This document shows, one piece after another, positions 30,533 through 44,173 of a DNA stretch of 64,000 nt. Within the stretch, counting starts at the first letter, position 1, and each line of letters starts with the position of its first letter. The notes beneath the pieces are model-generated. The model had not been told where the DNA came from, ran no database searches, and worked only from the letters and a program-made list of their open reading frames with translations. The DNA is from Phycisphaerae bacterium (GTDB lineage Bacteria; Planctomycetota; Phycisphaerae; UBA1845): NCBI GenBank assembly GCA_963666835.2, contig CAXXGO010000001.1, forward strand, positions 64,001 to 128,000. Reading direction: 5' to 3'. Made by a program: the position numbers and the translations under genes.

Positions 30533-33500
30533 ATGAGGTATAGGCTAACAACGTTGGCGCTCTTGACGGCCGCGCTGCTCTCAGCCGCGTCGACAAGTGT
30601 GGAGGCGGGAATCGGTCTGGAACTTCGGCCGGCCTCGCAGGGGATCTTGGCTGGGCAGACTGTCGAGATTGATTTGTACGTCACCGGGGCATCCCCATCG
30701 GAGCCGGTGGGGTTGGTGCGCGCCGTTTTGGCGTGGGATCCGGCGTATCTCGAATTGGTCGGCAACGATCGAACCGGGGAGCCCGCGTGGGCTTCTTCGG
30801 GTTTTCCGACCGGCGGACTGAACGCTGATTGGAGTGATGGAAGGGCCATGTACCTTTCTCACGTCAGTTTGAGTTGTGTGCCGATAGACGCACCACCGGA
30901 AGGGCAGTTTGTCACGACGTTGCTGTTCGAAGCGTTGGGTAACTTCGATACGACTTTCGTGAATATCCTCGCCAGCCAGGACACTTACGAAACCCAAGTC
31001 TACGATAATCTTGTCGGCCTTTGCGGAGGCGTAATGTATTCCTCGGTGACTCTCGGCTCAGCCGTGAACGTCACTATTTCAGCGTGTAATGTCGCGGTGC
31101 AGTGCAACGACGCGGATGCATGTACTGACGATACGTGTGATGGCGGCGTATGTGTAAATACCATCAACTACGATGATGAAACACAATGCTGCAATCCGAC
31201 GTCAGGAACGCTGACCGTTATCGATGATGGGGACGACTGCACCGACGATGAATGCGATCCCGCTACCGGGACGGTCAGCCACGACCCTACGGCGTTCGGT
31301 ACGCCGTGCGGGGATCCGACGGACGATTTCTGCACCGATCCGGATACCTGTGACGGGGCGGGATACTGCGACCCGCACCATGCCACCGATAATACGTGGT
31401 GCAATCTGGATGGCGATGAGTGTACAACCGATCGATGCCAGTCCGGTATCTGCGTGACAATCTCCACGTTGGCTAACGGAACTTTCTGTGACGACGGGCA
31501 GGACAACTGTACTCCGGGACAGGATGAGTGCCTGGACGGCGTCTGCGTCGGTACGGGAACGGATCCGTGTCCGGCCATCGAACCGGACACGCCCTATTGT
31601 TATGAGGCCGAGGTGACGGCAGACGCCTGCACTGGTGGCGACGGCGATTGCGACACGGCGAAAGAGTTTTACTGCTTCTATCCCAACGGGGATGAATGTC
31701 CGTCCGGTGATACCACTTGTGTTTGTCAGAGGGCGTTCGAATGTCGGGAGTGCCTAGTGACGGCTCATTGCCCTGACGACGGGAGCTGTTATGCACCGGT
31801 GTGTTACGCTGGGGAGTGCATAGGACATATCGTTCACGAACGCTGTTTGGACGACGTCTGGTGCAACGGCGAGGAGTTCTGCCAGAATCAGGCGACTCCG
31901 CCGGCCCAAGATTGGCAATGCGTTTCTGATAATTACCCGCCTTGCAGCGATCCGGATTTCCCTGTGTGCGTGGAAGAAACGTGTTGCATAGGCGAGGACT
32001 GCAGCAAAGACTACTGTGAGTGCTTCGAGTGTGATGAGGACGAGGACTGTGACGACGGCGACCCTTGTACAGGAGTGGAAACCTGCGATCCGGGGAGTCT
32101 GTCCTGTCTGCCGGGAACGCCGGTCGACTGCTCGGCATGGACGGATGACTGCTATGAGGGTGTGTGCGATCCGGATATCCCCGGCTGTTCGGGAACGGAC
32201 TGTTGCTGGGCGAGAGTGTGGGACATGTTCACCACCCCGTGCGACAACGACACCGATTGCGCGTCTTACCCGCACACTACGTGCAACCTCGATACGCACT
32301 ACTGCTGGGGGCCGGCCAATGCCTGCGAGGATGGCGATCCGTGTACGTTCCTGGACACGTGTACGCACGAAGGTGCCTGTATCGGCTTCTTGCGTGACTA
32401 TGGGCCGATCGACTACGTCTGGTACGCAGACGATACCGAGGTATCCGTTGATGACTACGTGTACCTTGAGCTAAAAGCTGCTCCGAATGACGGCGGCGAC
32501 TATCAGCCGTCGGTGTTTGAGGCCGTGCTGGCGTGGGATCCGACCGTCCTCGAATTACTGGGGGTCAATGACCCGTGCACGACAGCGCCTATTCCGGCGG
32601 GCTGTACGAGGTGCGAGACCCACGCGGATTGCGATGGCACGCTGTGCCAGTGCGAAGGTGGCCCGCCGTGCCTCAGCGGCGGCGAGGTACCGCAGCCGAG
32701 CGGGATCTGCCTGAACGGCCTGTACGAGTGGTTCTCGGAGGGATTGGCGACGGGCCCGTCCGATCCGGACGGCCTCAATGACGATTGGTCGGATGGCGAC
32801 GCGTATTACTTGGCACTGGGGCAGCTTCTGTACGAGGATCCGCCGGTGTTTGACGGGGAACCACCCCTTTGGCTGACGACGTTTGTGTTCCAGGCGGTCG
32901 GCTATGGGGATACGGATGTAGAGTTGATTTCCTGTACGGGGGACTGGCCGACGGAAAGTCAAATACTCGCAAACTCCACGCATTCGGTGGGAGAACTGCC
33001 GTCGGTTGAGGTGTCGGTGGTCGAATGTTATAACGCTGGTGATTGTGACGACACCGAGGTCTGCACAGAGGATTCGTGTGTTGCAGGTGCGTGTGTATAT
33101 GATCCGATTCCGGGATGCTGCCACGACGCCGGCGACTGTGATGATAGCGCGGATTGCACCGCGGATACCTGTGTGCCCGGCACACCGTACGATCACTGCG
33201 CCTATGAAGACCTGTGTACTGACAATGGTCTGTTCTGCGACGGGGTGGAGCTGTGTGATGTCGGCAGCAATAGCTGCGTGAGTTCGGGGGATCCGTGCGC
33301 TCCGTTCGACTGTGACGAGGTGACCGATACTTGCGACGTGACCTGCGAGCCGCCGCTGGTCGAATCGGTCGGGTCGCGATATCTCGCCATTACCGCACAG
33401 CCGAGGATCAGCGCGGCGGAAGTCAGTTTCCGGGTGACGTCGCCCGACTGGGCGTGCCTGGATAAGTACGTCGGTGGGGTGACCCGCTGCGCGGCCGGCG

Positions 33501-34423
33501 GAAACCGGTGCTTCTCCGATGCGGAGTGCAACTACTGTGACGGGCCTTACGGCGGACCTTGTACGAGCGACGCGGATTGTAAGACCTGTGGCGATCCGGG
33601 GAACACGCCGTGCGAGGATAGCTTGGATTGCCCCGCGGGTGGTTACGTGTGCGAACAGAACGAGTTGTGTGTAATCACCGGCGATACGTGCGAACCGACC
33701 TCACCGCTCGATACCGTCGATATCGACGGGGATGGTCTCGTAGACGGCGTAGTCGCCGGCTTGGTTTCCGACCCGGCGGATGCGGCCTCATTGACCCCCC
33801 AGGAGTGGGGTACGCAGTACTTGCGCTGCTCCGTCTCGTTCGACCCCTGCGTGGTAGACGGGGACTGTGACGTCGGAAAATGCAGCATCTCGGAGGGAAT
33901 GTGCAGTATTGCGGCGGAAGACTGTAGGAACGTCTGCAGCCTGTCCGGTTACGAGTGCGAGAATGACGGGCAGTGTATTGGTGGCGCTGGTGATACTTGC
34001 ACGGTTCTGCAGACCTGTGAGGACTTTGAGACCTGCGAGCCGGGACGGATATACCTGAGCGGACCGGATATCATCCCCAGTGAAGCAGGGACGGTTACGC
34101 GGTATCACGTGCAGGCCGATTGTGGCGGCCTGACCGGTGCGGTAGAGGCGACTATGAGGCGCTGGGGCGACAGCGACGACAGCGGTATCGTCAATGTCAC
34201 CGACGTTCAGTTGGCCTTGTTCGGCTTCCAGGGGCGCTACAATGTGGCTGACCCGCCTAGGACGAGAGCTGCGGTGGACGTTGTGGGGGCCCGGGTGTGC
34301 GTGCCCGATCTGATCGTTTCGTTCACTGACGTGATGCGGGTCCTGGCCGCGTGGCGAGATGCGGCGAGTTATAACCCGGGCGTCTTGGGTGGCTCGGCAG
34401 ATTGCGATGTCCCGTGCCCGTAA
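30533..34423 (+). CDS. Large secreted Cys/Asp-rich protein with two cohesin-like domains and a C-terminal dockerin-like region
   Basis: Signal peptide MRYRLTTLALL; two homologous 'AVLAWDP..LEL.G...GLN.DWSDG.A.Y' domains; many CDDG..CT.D.C repeats; WGDSDDSGIVNVTDV calcium-loop motif. Confidence 0.8.
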   Translation: MRYRLTTLALLTAALLSAASTSVEAGIGLELRPASQGILAGQTVEIDLYVTGASPSEPVGLVRAVLAWDPAYLELVGNDRTGEPAWASSGFPTGGLNADWSDGRAMYLSHVSLSCVPIDAPPEGQFVTTLLFEALGNFDTTFVNILASQDTYETQVYDNLVGLCGGVMYSSVTLGSAVNVTISACNVAVQCNDADACTDDTCDGGVCVNTINYDDETQCCNPTSGTLTVIDDGDDCTDDECDPATGTVSHDPTAFGTPCGDPTDDFCTDPDTCDGAGYCDPHHATDNTWCNLDGDECTTDRCQSGICVTISTLANGTFCDDGQDNCTPGQDECLDGVCVGTGTDPCPAIEPDTPYCYEAEVTADACTGGDGDCDTAKEFYCFYPNGDECPSGDTTCVCQRAFECRECLVTAHCPDDGSCYAPVCYAGECIGHIVHERCLDDVWCNGEEFCQNQATPPAQDWQCVSDNYPPCSDPDFPVCVEETCCIGEDCSKDYCECFECDEDEDCDDGDPCTGVETCDPGSLSCLPGTPVDCSAWTDDCYEGVCDPDIPGCSGTDCCWARVWDMFTTPCDNDTDCASYPHTTCNLDTHYCWGPANACEDGDPCTFLDTCTHEGACIGFLRDYGPIDYVWYADDTEVSVDDYVYLELKAAPNDGGDYQPSVFEAVLAWDPTVLELLGVNDPCTTAPIPAGCTRCETHADCDGTLCQCEGGPPCLSGGEVPQPSGICLNGLYEWFSEGLATGPSDPDGLNDDWSDGDAYYLALGQLLYEDPPVFDGEPPLWLTTFVFQAVGYGDTDVELISCTGDWPTESQILANSTHSVGELPSVEVSVVECYNAGDCDDTEVCTEDSCVAGACVYDPIPGCCHDAGDCDDSADCTADTCVPGTPYDHCAYEDLCTDNGLFCDGVELCDVGSNSCVSSGDPCAPFDCDEVTDTCDVTCEPPLVESVGSRYLAITAQPRISAAEVSFRVTSPDWACLDKYVGGVTRCAAGGNRCFSDAECNYCDGPYGGPCTSDADCKTCGDPGNTPCEDSLDCPAGGYVCEQNELCVITGDTCEPTSPLDTVDIDGDGLVDGVVAGLVSDPADAASLTPQEWGTQYLRCSVSFDPCVVDGDCDVGKCSISEGMCSIAAEDCRNVCSLSGYECENDGQCIGGAGDTCTVLQTCEDFETCEPGRIYLSGPDIIPSEAGTVTRYHVQADCGGLTGAVEATMRRWGDSDDSGIVNVTDVQLALFGFQGRYNVADPPRTRAAVDVVGARVCVPDLIVSFTDVMRVLAAWRDAASYNPGVLGGSADCDVPCP

Positions 34424-34919
34424 CCGTCGGCTTGGGGCGGACCGCACGATGTTCGCCCGGTTGATTGGACCGTAGAATTGACTGATAGACGGGCAGCGGC
34501 TCGCTTTTCGGCGAGACGCTGCCCGCTCTTCGCGCGGCTTGCCGGCCAATGCGGAAAAGCAGCTTGGTCGTCAAGGGATGGTGACGGGCGTCGGGGGCAT
34601 CGCGGCGCTGCACGGGGCCACGATGCCGAGTACGGGCGGGATACGTGATTGCCGCCGTGCGGCCCGCGGCGTCCGGGCTATGCCCCCTGGGCCGGTGTGC
34701 TTCGCAGAGGTCCGTGGCAAGGCTGGTAGCGGGCGGCCATTCTGGGCTGGGCGCCAGATCACCCGCCCGTGCCGTTTGGGTAGGCGGGCGTGAGCTCACA
34801 TGGGAGAAACCTGCATTCCCAGTTTTCTGACGTACGTTCCGAAAGCGATCAGGGCGCGATCCACACGGTGGATTGAGGCGCGTTCACAGGGTTGATGGTG
34901 GGAGCGGTGGCAGGTAGGT

Positions 34920-34977
34920 GAAAGAATCTAAAAAAATCCGGCCGGTGGCTTGACGGGCAGGTCGGTTCTGCTAACTT
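34920..34977 (+). promoter_or_regulatory. rRNA promoter with A-tract UP element
   Basis: A-tracts at 34921-34936; TTGACG (34950-34955), 16 bp spacer, TAACTT (34972-34977). Confidence 0.75.
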
Positions 34978-35030
34978 ACGGGGCTCCGACGCAGTGAGCA
35001 CCCTTCGGTGTTCGGTGGCGTCGGGGTTTG

Positions 35031-35043
35031 GTTCTTTGACAAC
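35031..35043 (+). promoter_or_regulatory. boxA antitermination-like element
   Basis: GTTCTTTGACAAC resembles the rrn boxA GCTCTTTAACAA and follows a hairpin at about 34986-35023. Confidence 0.7.
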
Positions 35044-35306
35044 TGAAGAAGCGGACGCAAGTCTGCCGGAGACGAGTCGGACCCTACCAGGGGGGCGGCC
35101 CGAATCCGGCAACTGACGAAGGTAATGTGGAAACGAACCACTGGTTCCAGGTGGTCGTGGCCTTGTCCGGCCTGTTTTTTGGGGTCGGAAATTGGTGCGA
35201 CTGCCGAGGAAACTCAAGCGCTGGAAAGTCGGCTTGGCTATCAGCGATGCTGCCTCGCGAGCGGCGGGTGATAAGCCCGTGCGATCGGGTGACAGCCTCT
35301 CATGAG

Positions 35307-38204
<2,898 letters not shown>

Positions 38205-38300
38205 GCTCTCATGAGTGGCTGTCAAGTCGATTTCCAACGCGGTTGGTTTGCATAACACCGACGTCAGGTGCGTCCGTTTCTTCAGGTGCCAAAGAACAAC

Positions 38301-38336
38301 AAAGGCCCGTGCCGGTCTAACCGGTGCGGGCCTTTT
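38301..38336 (+). terminator. Rho-independent terminator after the 23S gene
   Basis: AAAGGCCCGTGCCGG-TCTAA-CCGGTGCGGGCCTTTT hairpin followed by a T run. Confidence 0.85.
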
Positions 38337-38403
38337 GCTTGCGCCAAGACCGGGCGTTAGCGGGATTCCACGCCTACGCCCGAGCGTGCTCAGACTGTGA
38401 AAG

Positions 38404-39798
38404 GTGAACGGTATGGCTGCGAAGATCCGGCAGGGGATTGTTGGGGGAGTTGTCATTGCCGGGCTGGTTGCTGGTCTGGCGACCACGAGCGGATGTCGGC
38501 GGAGCGACGAAGGCGACAACCGGTCGGCGGAAGCAGGGGGTGTCGTCGACCGGCCACCGGCTCCGGACTGCGTGCAGCGCGTTGACTACGTAGCGTGGTA
38601 CTCCGCCCGTCATTTCCAGGGCGATTGGCCCTGCGGCAGGGACGTGTACCCGTTTATGTTCGACGAAGATGTCGAGTCGGCGCTCCGAGCCGAGGAAGAA
38701 CTGGCGGATGCGTTGAACGCCGCCAGCAAATCGCCGTGGGCGTCGTCCGAGCTGCCGGGGCTGGCCGAGTATCTGAGGGAGCTCCGCCCCTATCTCGAAG
38801 CCTACACGCACGGCGCGACCTCGGACAACGTTCGTTGGTTTTGCGGCGCAGATACGTGGTGGCCGGAGCCGCATCCGGACTACACCAAGTTCTCGAGAGT
38901 CCTGGGCAAGGCGCTTCTTGCGGCTGCATGGATGGATGCTCCACCCGCAGATCACGGGGCGGCGAGTCTCTTGGAGGCGCTCGCGACGAACTTCCGGCAC
39001 GCCGGACACCTTCGGCATGCCGGTGGCCTCACGGCGTTCTTTGCGAACTCGATCATCCGGCACATGAACTACGAGGCTATCCGGCGGGCACTCAGCACTC
39101 AGCTACTGTCAGGCAAGGATGCGGCCGCCGTCCTTGAGCTGCTGCATTCGGAGGACGAGCCGCGCGGGATCGCGGAGACCTACCGTTGCGAATGGCTCAG
39201 TCTGCTGGACCTTCTCCAGCAACTGCATCCGGGGGGGGAGTTCTCGAATAGGGTGGCGAAGGAGCTCAAGCAGAATGAGTACCTCCCCGCGGGCGGGATG
39301 ATGCTGCGATCGCCGAAGAGAACCGCGACCGGAATCGACAACTGGTTCCGTCCGTTCGTTGAGGCGGCCGAACGGCCCTGGTCTGTCGAGACGTATCGCC
39401 AGGTAGATCAGCTAGCGCGAAAGAGAGCCGACAAGGCGGGCGGCGATTTGTTCCTGAACATTAACCTGCCCAGCCTGGGTCGAACCTACCTGTTCGGAAT
39501 GACCATCGAGACCGAGAGAAGAGGCACGATCGTCATTGCTGCGCTGCATGCCTACAGATACGAACACGATCGCTGGCCGACATCTCTGGATCAACTGGAA
39601 ACGCTGTCGCCCACAATGAGAGTCGACCCCTTCTCGGGACGCGCATTCGGATACGAGCTGCGTGACGACCGGCCCTGGCTGTACAGCGTAGGGCTCGACG
39701 GCGTAGACGACGGAGGCAATCACGACCCGCGGGCCGCCGGGAGCGATCGCAAGAAAGGGCATGACCTGGTGCTCTTCCCCGTTCCTGCGGGTTCTTGA
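38404..39798 (+). CDS. Hypothetical lipoprotein with a C-terminal pseudopilin-like motif
   Basis: Lipobox-like TSGC; C-terminal WPTSLDQL..DPFSG..F.Y......LYSVG.DG.DDGG. Confidence 0.75.
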   Translation: MNGMAAKIRQGIVGGVVIAGLVAGLATTSGCRRSDEGDNRSAEAGGVVDRPPAPDCVQRVDYVAWYSARHFQGDWPCGRDVYPFMFDEDVESALRAEEELADALNAASKSPWASSELPGLAEYLRELRPYLEAYTHGATSDNVRWFCGADTWWPEPHPDYTKFSRVLGKALLAAAWMDAPPADHGAASLLEALATNFRHAGHLRHAGGLTAFFANSIIRHMNYEAIRRALSTQLLSGKDAAAVLELLHSEDEPRGIAETYRCEWLSLLDLLQQLHPGGEFSNRVAKELKQNEYLPAGGMMLRSPKRTATGIDNWFRPFVEAAERPWSVETYRQVDQLARKRADKAGGDLFLNINLPSLGRTYLFGMTIETERRGTIVIAALHAYRYEHDRWPTSLDQLETLSPTMRVDPFSGRAFGYELRDDRPWLYSVGLDGVDDGGNHDPRAAGSDRKKGHDLVLFPVPAGS

Positions 39799-39923
39799 TC
39801 CCCAGCCAAGGGCACCCGTCCACTCCGCCGTATGCGACGTCACGCTGGGGGGTTACCATGCGAGTGGTGCGGCCGCGTTTATGGAGCCGGGCAGGGAACT
39901 CAAAGGGGGGGGAGTGGACGAAC

Positions 39924-40320
39924 ATGAACAACACTGGCGAAGGCAACCCGGAGTATCTGCACGGGGCCGAGGCGTCGGAGCAGGCGCGGTTGGAGGCGCA
40001 GGCGGAGATGCTCGGCGGGGCGGAGTTCCTGCCGCCGCTGAAGCCCGAAATGCACGTGGTCGAGGTCGGCTGTGGGACGGGGGCGATTGCGCGGCGGGTG
40101 GCCCGCAAGCTCGGCTCCGGTGAAGTGATCGGTGTCGATCGGCAAGAGGCACAGTTGGAGACCGCCCGGCGACTGGCCGACGGGGACGGCGTGGAGAACA
40201 TCCGGTTCGTGCTGGGAGCGGCCGACGCGCTTGATCTTCCGTCCTCGTCCTGCGACGCGGCGTATGGCCGGTTCATCTTGGAGCACGTGGCCGACCCCAT
40301 GGCCGTGGTGCGAGAGAAGG
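39924..40320 (+). pseudogene. Truncated 5' copy of the SAM-dependent methyltransferase at 50428
   Basis: Near-identical to about 50460-50830; diverges after EHVADP.AVVRE. Confidence 0.85.
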
Positions 40321-40420
40321 GACGGGCGAGCCGGCAGAGGCGGGGGCTGGACGGCCGAAATCCGTCCGGCCGTGCGGCACCGGTAGGGTGTGACGGTCTG
40401 TTGCGATGAGCGTTACGACG

Positions 40421-41578
40421 TTATTGGGAATCAGCGAAAGCGCCGGGTTGTTCACCAGCACCAATGCCCGCGACATCTTCTATCGGACAAGATGCTTCAT
40501 GGAGCATCTGATCGTCTGGGTGCGGAGCAGGTGAGTTACCTCCGTAGAGCCGGCGCACTCGGTAGATCGGGCGTTCGCGGATGTCGTGGTAGATTCGCAC
40601 CAGCAGCTCCGACAGAACTCCAAACAGAACGCATTGCACCGTGAAGAACGCCAGCAGGGCGCTGAGCGTAACGAGGATATTGCGATTAAGATTGAGCCCT
40701 CCTGTCTGGCCGAAGTACCCGTACTTCTGGCCTATGGCAATAGCCAGCAGCGCCAGCGACATCGAAGAAGTCGCGAGGCCTATCTTCCCGAAGAAGTAGA
40801 GAGGCTTGGTCATGTAGGTTCCGAAGAACTTCACCGTGACCAAGTCCAGCACGACTCGTATGGTGCGCCACAGGCCATACTTCGCCGTGCCGCGTATTCG
40901 AGGGCGATGATTGACCACCGCTTCGGTTATTTCAGCTCCCTGCCAGGCGGCCAATGCGGGAAGGAAGCGGTGCATGTCACTCGACAGGCTGACGTCCTCA
41001 ATGACCTCCCGCCGGTAAGCCTTCAAAGTACACCCGAAGTCGTGTATCGGGACGTGGGTGACGAGTCGTATCACGCCGTTGGCAATCTGGGATGGAATGC
41101 GACGGGTGAGCCACTTGTCCTTTCTGCTCTTTCTCCACCCGCTGACAATGTCGCAGGCCGGAGGGCCCTCGAGTTTCGCAAGCAGCATGGGAATATCACG
41201 CGGGTCGTTTTGAAGGTCGGCATCGATCGGTACGATCACGCTGCCACGGCTGTGATCAATGCCCGCGGCCATGGCTGCCGTTTGGCCAAAATTGCGCCGC
41301 AACTCCAGGACCGTGATCCTGGGATCGCTGTTGGCGAGATCCACAAGACGTTCCAGACTCCCGTCAGTGCTCCCGTCATCTACGAGGATGATCTCGTAGT
41401 CGAGTCCGGCCTTTTCAAGAACCTCGTTCAACTCGGCGCAGAGAGGTTGAAGGTTGTCCTTCTCATTGAGAACCGGGACGACAATCGACAGGTCGCACTT
41501 GCCCCCGCGAAGTCCCGGCCGTTCTTTGGCGTCGTTTGTGCGCTCTTTGGATGTCGTCGCAGTCAACATATCGCCCAC
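40421..41578 (-). CDS. Glycosyltransferase family 2 (ArnC/GtrB-like polyprenol-phosphate GT)
   Basis: VVPVLNE, VDDGSTD, RNFGQTAA, DADLQNDP and DFGCTLKAYRR; two C-terminal TM helices. Confidence 0.9.
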   Translation of the reverse strand: MGDMLTATTSKERTNDAKERPGLRGGKCDLSIVVPVLNEKDNLQPLCAELNEVLEKAGLDYEIILVDDGSTDGSLERLVDLANSDPRITVLELRRNFGQTAAMAAGIDHSRGSVIVPIDADLQNDPRDIPMLLAKLEGPPACDIVSGWRKSRKDKWLTRRIPSQIANGVIRLVTHVPIHDFGCTLKAYRREVIEDVSLSSDMHRFLPALAAWQGAEITEAVVNHRPRIRGTAKYGLWRTIRVVLDLVTVKFFGTYMTKPLYFFGKIGLATSSMSLALLAIAIGQKYGYFGQTGGLNLNRNILVTLSALLAFFTVQCVLFGVLSELLVRIYHDIRERPIYRVRRLYGGNSPAPHPDDQMLHEASCPIEDVAGIGAGEQPGAFADSQ

Positions 41579-41618
41579 CCTCTACACAGTTCGCTCAGTC
41601 CGGTAGAACAGAACAATC

Positions 41619-43505
41619 TTACACCTGTGTGAATACGACCAGATTGTCTTCTTCATCTGCCTGAAAACCATCGAGCTGAAACAGGACTCGCGTGTGCGCA
41701 TCGTTGTGCCGCGACAGCAGTTCATAGTGCTTGGCTCGTAGGATCAAGTAGACGGGTCTGTCTTCGCGGAGTCGTTCCCGGACACGTTTGGCAGTCTCCT
41801 GAAACACGGCCCCGGACACGGATTGCCGCTGACGCCGAAGCCCGGCCATTTCGTTGGCATCTATGAGGCGCCGGATCTTCAATCCGGAATAGAATTCGAC
41901 CGAGGCGTTCGGCCGCTTGTCGGCCCAGATGAGTTCATCTTCCGGACTGATACCGTGCTCGCTCAGCCCCTTGATGAGAGCCTGGGCCTCCGCGTTTACG
42001 GTCAAACCCTTTGCGGCCGCCGGCCACATCACCAGCAGGAGAATCGGAACGCCAAGGTTCACAAACACGAACGACACCAGCCGCCGGTTCTGAGCGTAGG
42101 CGAAGCACGCGGCGGTCCACACTAGAAACGCTCCGGAGTAGGCAATCGCATAGGGTTTGAGTAGTTCGGGGTACTGGCGCTCAAGCGCCGCGCCACCGGC
42201 AACCCCGGCGGCGGCTAACAACACCGGCAAGCTGTAGCACGTCGCCCGCCCCAAACGGGCTAACGCCGGAACTGCGCCGAAGAAGAACCGGTCAATCACC
42301 GGCGCCAAAAGCAGGCAGTACGCCGGCATCACCGAGAGCAGGTAATGAGGGCGCTTGAACACGGCCGTGCTGAGGAAACAGGTTCCAACGATCGCCCAGG
42401 TGAACAAGAACGACAACTCCTGTCGCAGCGGCTTGTAGCGCGCCACAAACGGCGACGCAACAGCCTCGGGCACGGAGGCCATGAAAGGCACGGTCAATGC
42501 AAAAACCAACGGGATGTAGTACCATGCCGGGTGCGTCCTGCTGCTGAGTTCTCCCGCATATCGGCCGAGGTACTCGATTCGCCACAGGTCGAGCGCATTG
42601 TCAACGTGCGTATAAACGTACACGGGCCACGCGCCGGCCAGAACCGCGAAGAGAAGAGTTCCGGGCACCAGCCATAGCGTCCGTAGTCGCGAAAGCTGGG
42701 TCTTAAACGCCCAAGCCCAGCGGTGCGCAAGTGGCAAGCGAGGCCCATCTCCCTGCCGCCCCGCCGCAAGAGCAGGAACGGTGACAAACCAGTATACGCC
42801 TAAGGACAAGCCGACAATGGCCAGTGGAAGCGGTGCTTTGGCCAACATGGCCAGGGCGAACGCCGGATAGAACGCGGCCATGGCCCATCTGCTTGGCCGT
42901 TCGTGCATCGCCCCGCGCCAGAAGCATGCGAACGACAGCGTTGTGAATAGGGTCAACACCATATCCACCTGGGCGTTGTGCGAGTAGAAGACTGTGGCCG
43001 TACATCCCGCACAGATGAAGCCCCCAACAAGCCCGCCCCGGTACCCGTACAACATCGACCCAAGCCAGAAGACGACCATCACAGTGGCGAAGCCCGCGAC
43101 GGCCGATGGAAGTCTCGCCGATAAGCTCGTCACCGGCGGCGCGCCGTCCGGCGCCCCCGTGAGCGTGGATGCCGCACCAATCAGCCAGATCCCGAGCGGC
43201 GTCTTACGAACGCGCGGAGCATCGCCAAGTGTCGGAATAATCCACTCGCCGGACTGGATTGAGGAGCGCGCGGCCAGGGCGTTGATAGACTCATGGTCGC
43301 CGAGCGGCGGACCGGAGCCCAGCCCATAGAAACAGGTCACGGCGGAAAGGGCGATCAAGGCTACCAAACCCGCAGTTCTTCGGCCCGTAGGGGTAGAGCC
43401 GGTGTCTTCGGGGCGATCCGAAGAAGTTGCGCACCGCTGACCTTCGGAGTCGTCACTGTGTCGGGTTGAATCGCACGTTGGTGTCACAACCATAGTTCGG
43501 TTCAT
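41619..43505 (-). CDS. ArnT/PMT-family (GT-C) membrane glycosyltransferase
   Basis: DHE motif, KTPL..W, ARLPSA, LAK.P, H..WYY and K.PHYLL; multi-pass membrane protein. Confidence 0.88.
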   Translation of the reverse strand: MNRTMVVTPTCDSTRHSDDSEGQRCATSSDRPEDTGSTPTGRRTAGLVALIALSAVTCFYGLGSGPPLGDHESINALAARSSIQSGEWIIPTLGDAPRVRKTPLGIWLIGAASTLTGAPDGAPPVTSLSARLPSAVAGFATVMVVFWLGSMLYGYRGGLVGGFICAGCTATVFYSHNAQVDMVLTLFTTLSFACFWRGAMHERPSRWAMAAFYPAFALAMLAKAPLPLAIVGLSLGVYWFVTVPALAAGRQGDGPRLPLAHRWAWAFKTQLSRLRTLWLVPGTLLFAVLAGAWPVYVYTHVDNALDLWRIEYLGRYAGELSSRTHPAWYYIPLVFALTVPFMASVPEAVASPFVARYKPLRQELSFLFTWAIVGTCFLSTAVFKRPHYLLSVMPAYCLLLAPVIDRFFFGAVPALARLGRATCYSLPVLLAAAGVAGGAALERQYPELLKPYAIAYSGAFLVWTAACFAYAQNRRLVSFVFVNLGVPILLLVMWPAAAKGLTVNAEAQALIKGLSEHGISPEDELIWADKRPNASVEFYSGLKIRRLIDANEMAGLRRQRQSVSGAVFQETAKRVRERLREDRPVYLILRAKHYELLSRHNDAHTRVLFQLDGFQADEEDNLVVFTQV

Positions 43506-44170
43506 CCCCTGCCGGCAGTGCGACCCAGGCGGACGGCTGCGGGCAGGTGTTCCTTGTAGTACCCGATCAGATGTTCCGTCAACTTGCCGCTGCGATCACG
43601 CAGGCCGCAACGCTTCGCCTCCGCTATCGCTTCATGAAGCGACCATCCGCAGTGTTTCACGCGGTATGCGACAATGGCCGCCCCCGTGCGATTTACACCA
43701 GCCGCGCAGTGGACAATGACGGGATGCCCGCGGCGGGCCTCAATCCAGTCGGCGGCCTGGTCCAGCTTGTCATAGTCCGCCACCCCGTCACCCGGCATGG
43801 GGATTAGCCCAAACTCCAGGTTGTGTGCTCGGATCACCCGGAGCTCGGCGGCCTCGTCCGGCTTGCCGGGCCTGAGCCATGTCAGAGCTAGGATCCCTTC
43901 GATGTGGTAATCGTCGACAAGCCCCTCAATCAGGCCCGCGTCCACCTGACCGGAGCGGTATAGCCAGCCCGGCTCAACGACAGCGAACCGCTTGGGCCAT
44001 ACCTTCCAACGGTTGGCATAGAGGACCCGGCCGATACCCGCACACGCCATGACGATTGCGATGGTGATTATGACGCGTTTCGATATGTTCAGCTTTTTCA
44101 CGCTTCTCCTCGCCGGGTCTGCGGTCTCTTGCGTCGAGCTAAGTTGCACTTGTCTCACGGTCCGCCTCAC
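43502..44170 (-). CDS. Membrane-anchored dual-specificity/tyrosine phosphatase-family protein
   Basis: LYRSGQ and the HCAAGVNRTG (CX5R) motif; the start codon is uncertain. Confidence 0.85.
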   Translation of the reverse strand: MRRTVRQVQLSSTQETADPARRSVKKLNISKRVIITIAIVMACAGIGRVLYANRWKVWPKRFAVVEPGWLYRSGQVDAGLIEGLVDDYHIEGILALTWLRPGKPDEAAELRVIRAHNLEFGLIPMPGDGVADYDKLDQAADWIEARRGHPVIVHCAAGVNRTGAAIVAYRVKHCGWSLHEAIAEAKRCGLRDRSGKLTEHLIGYYKEHLPAAVRLGRTAGRG

Positions 44171-44173
44171 ACG

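Noticed and set aside
31080..34050. Multiheme cytochrome interpretation of the Cys-rich protein
   Set aside because: No CxxCH motifs were seen; the Cys pattern fits disulfide/Ca-binding repeats.
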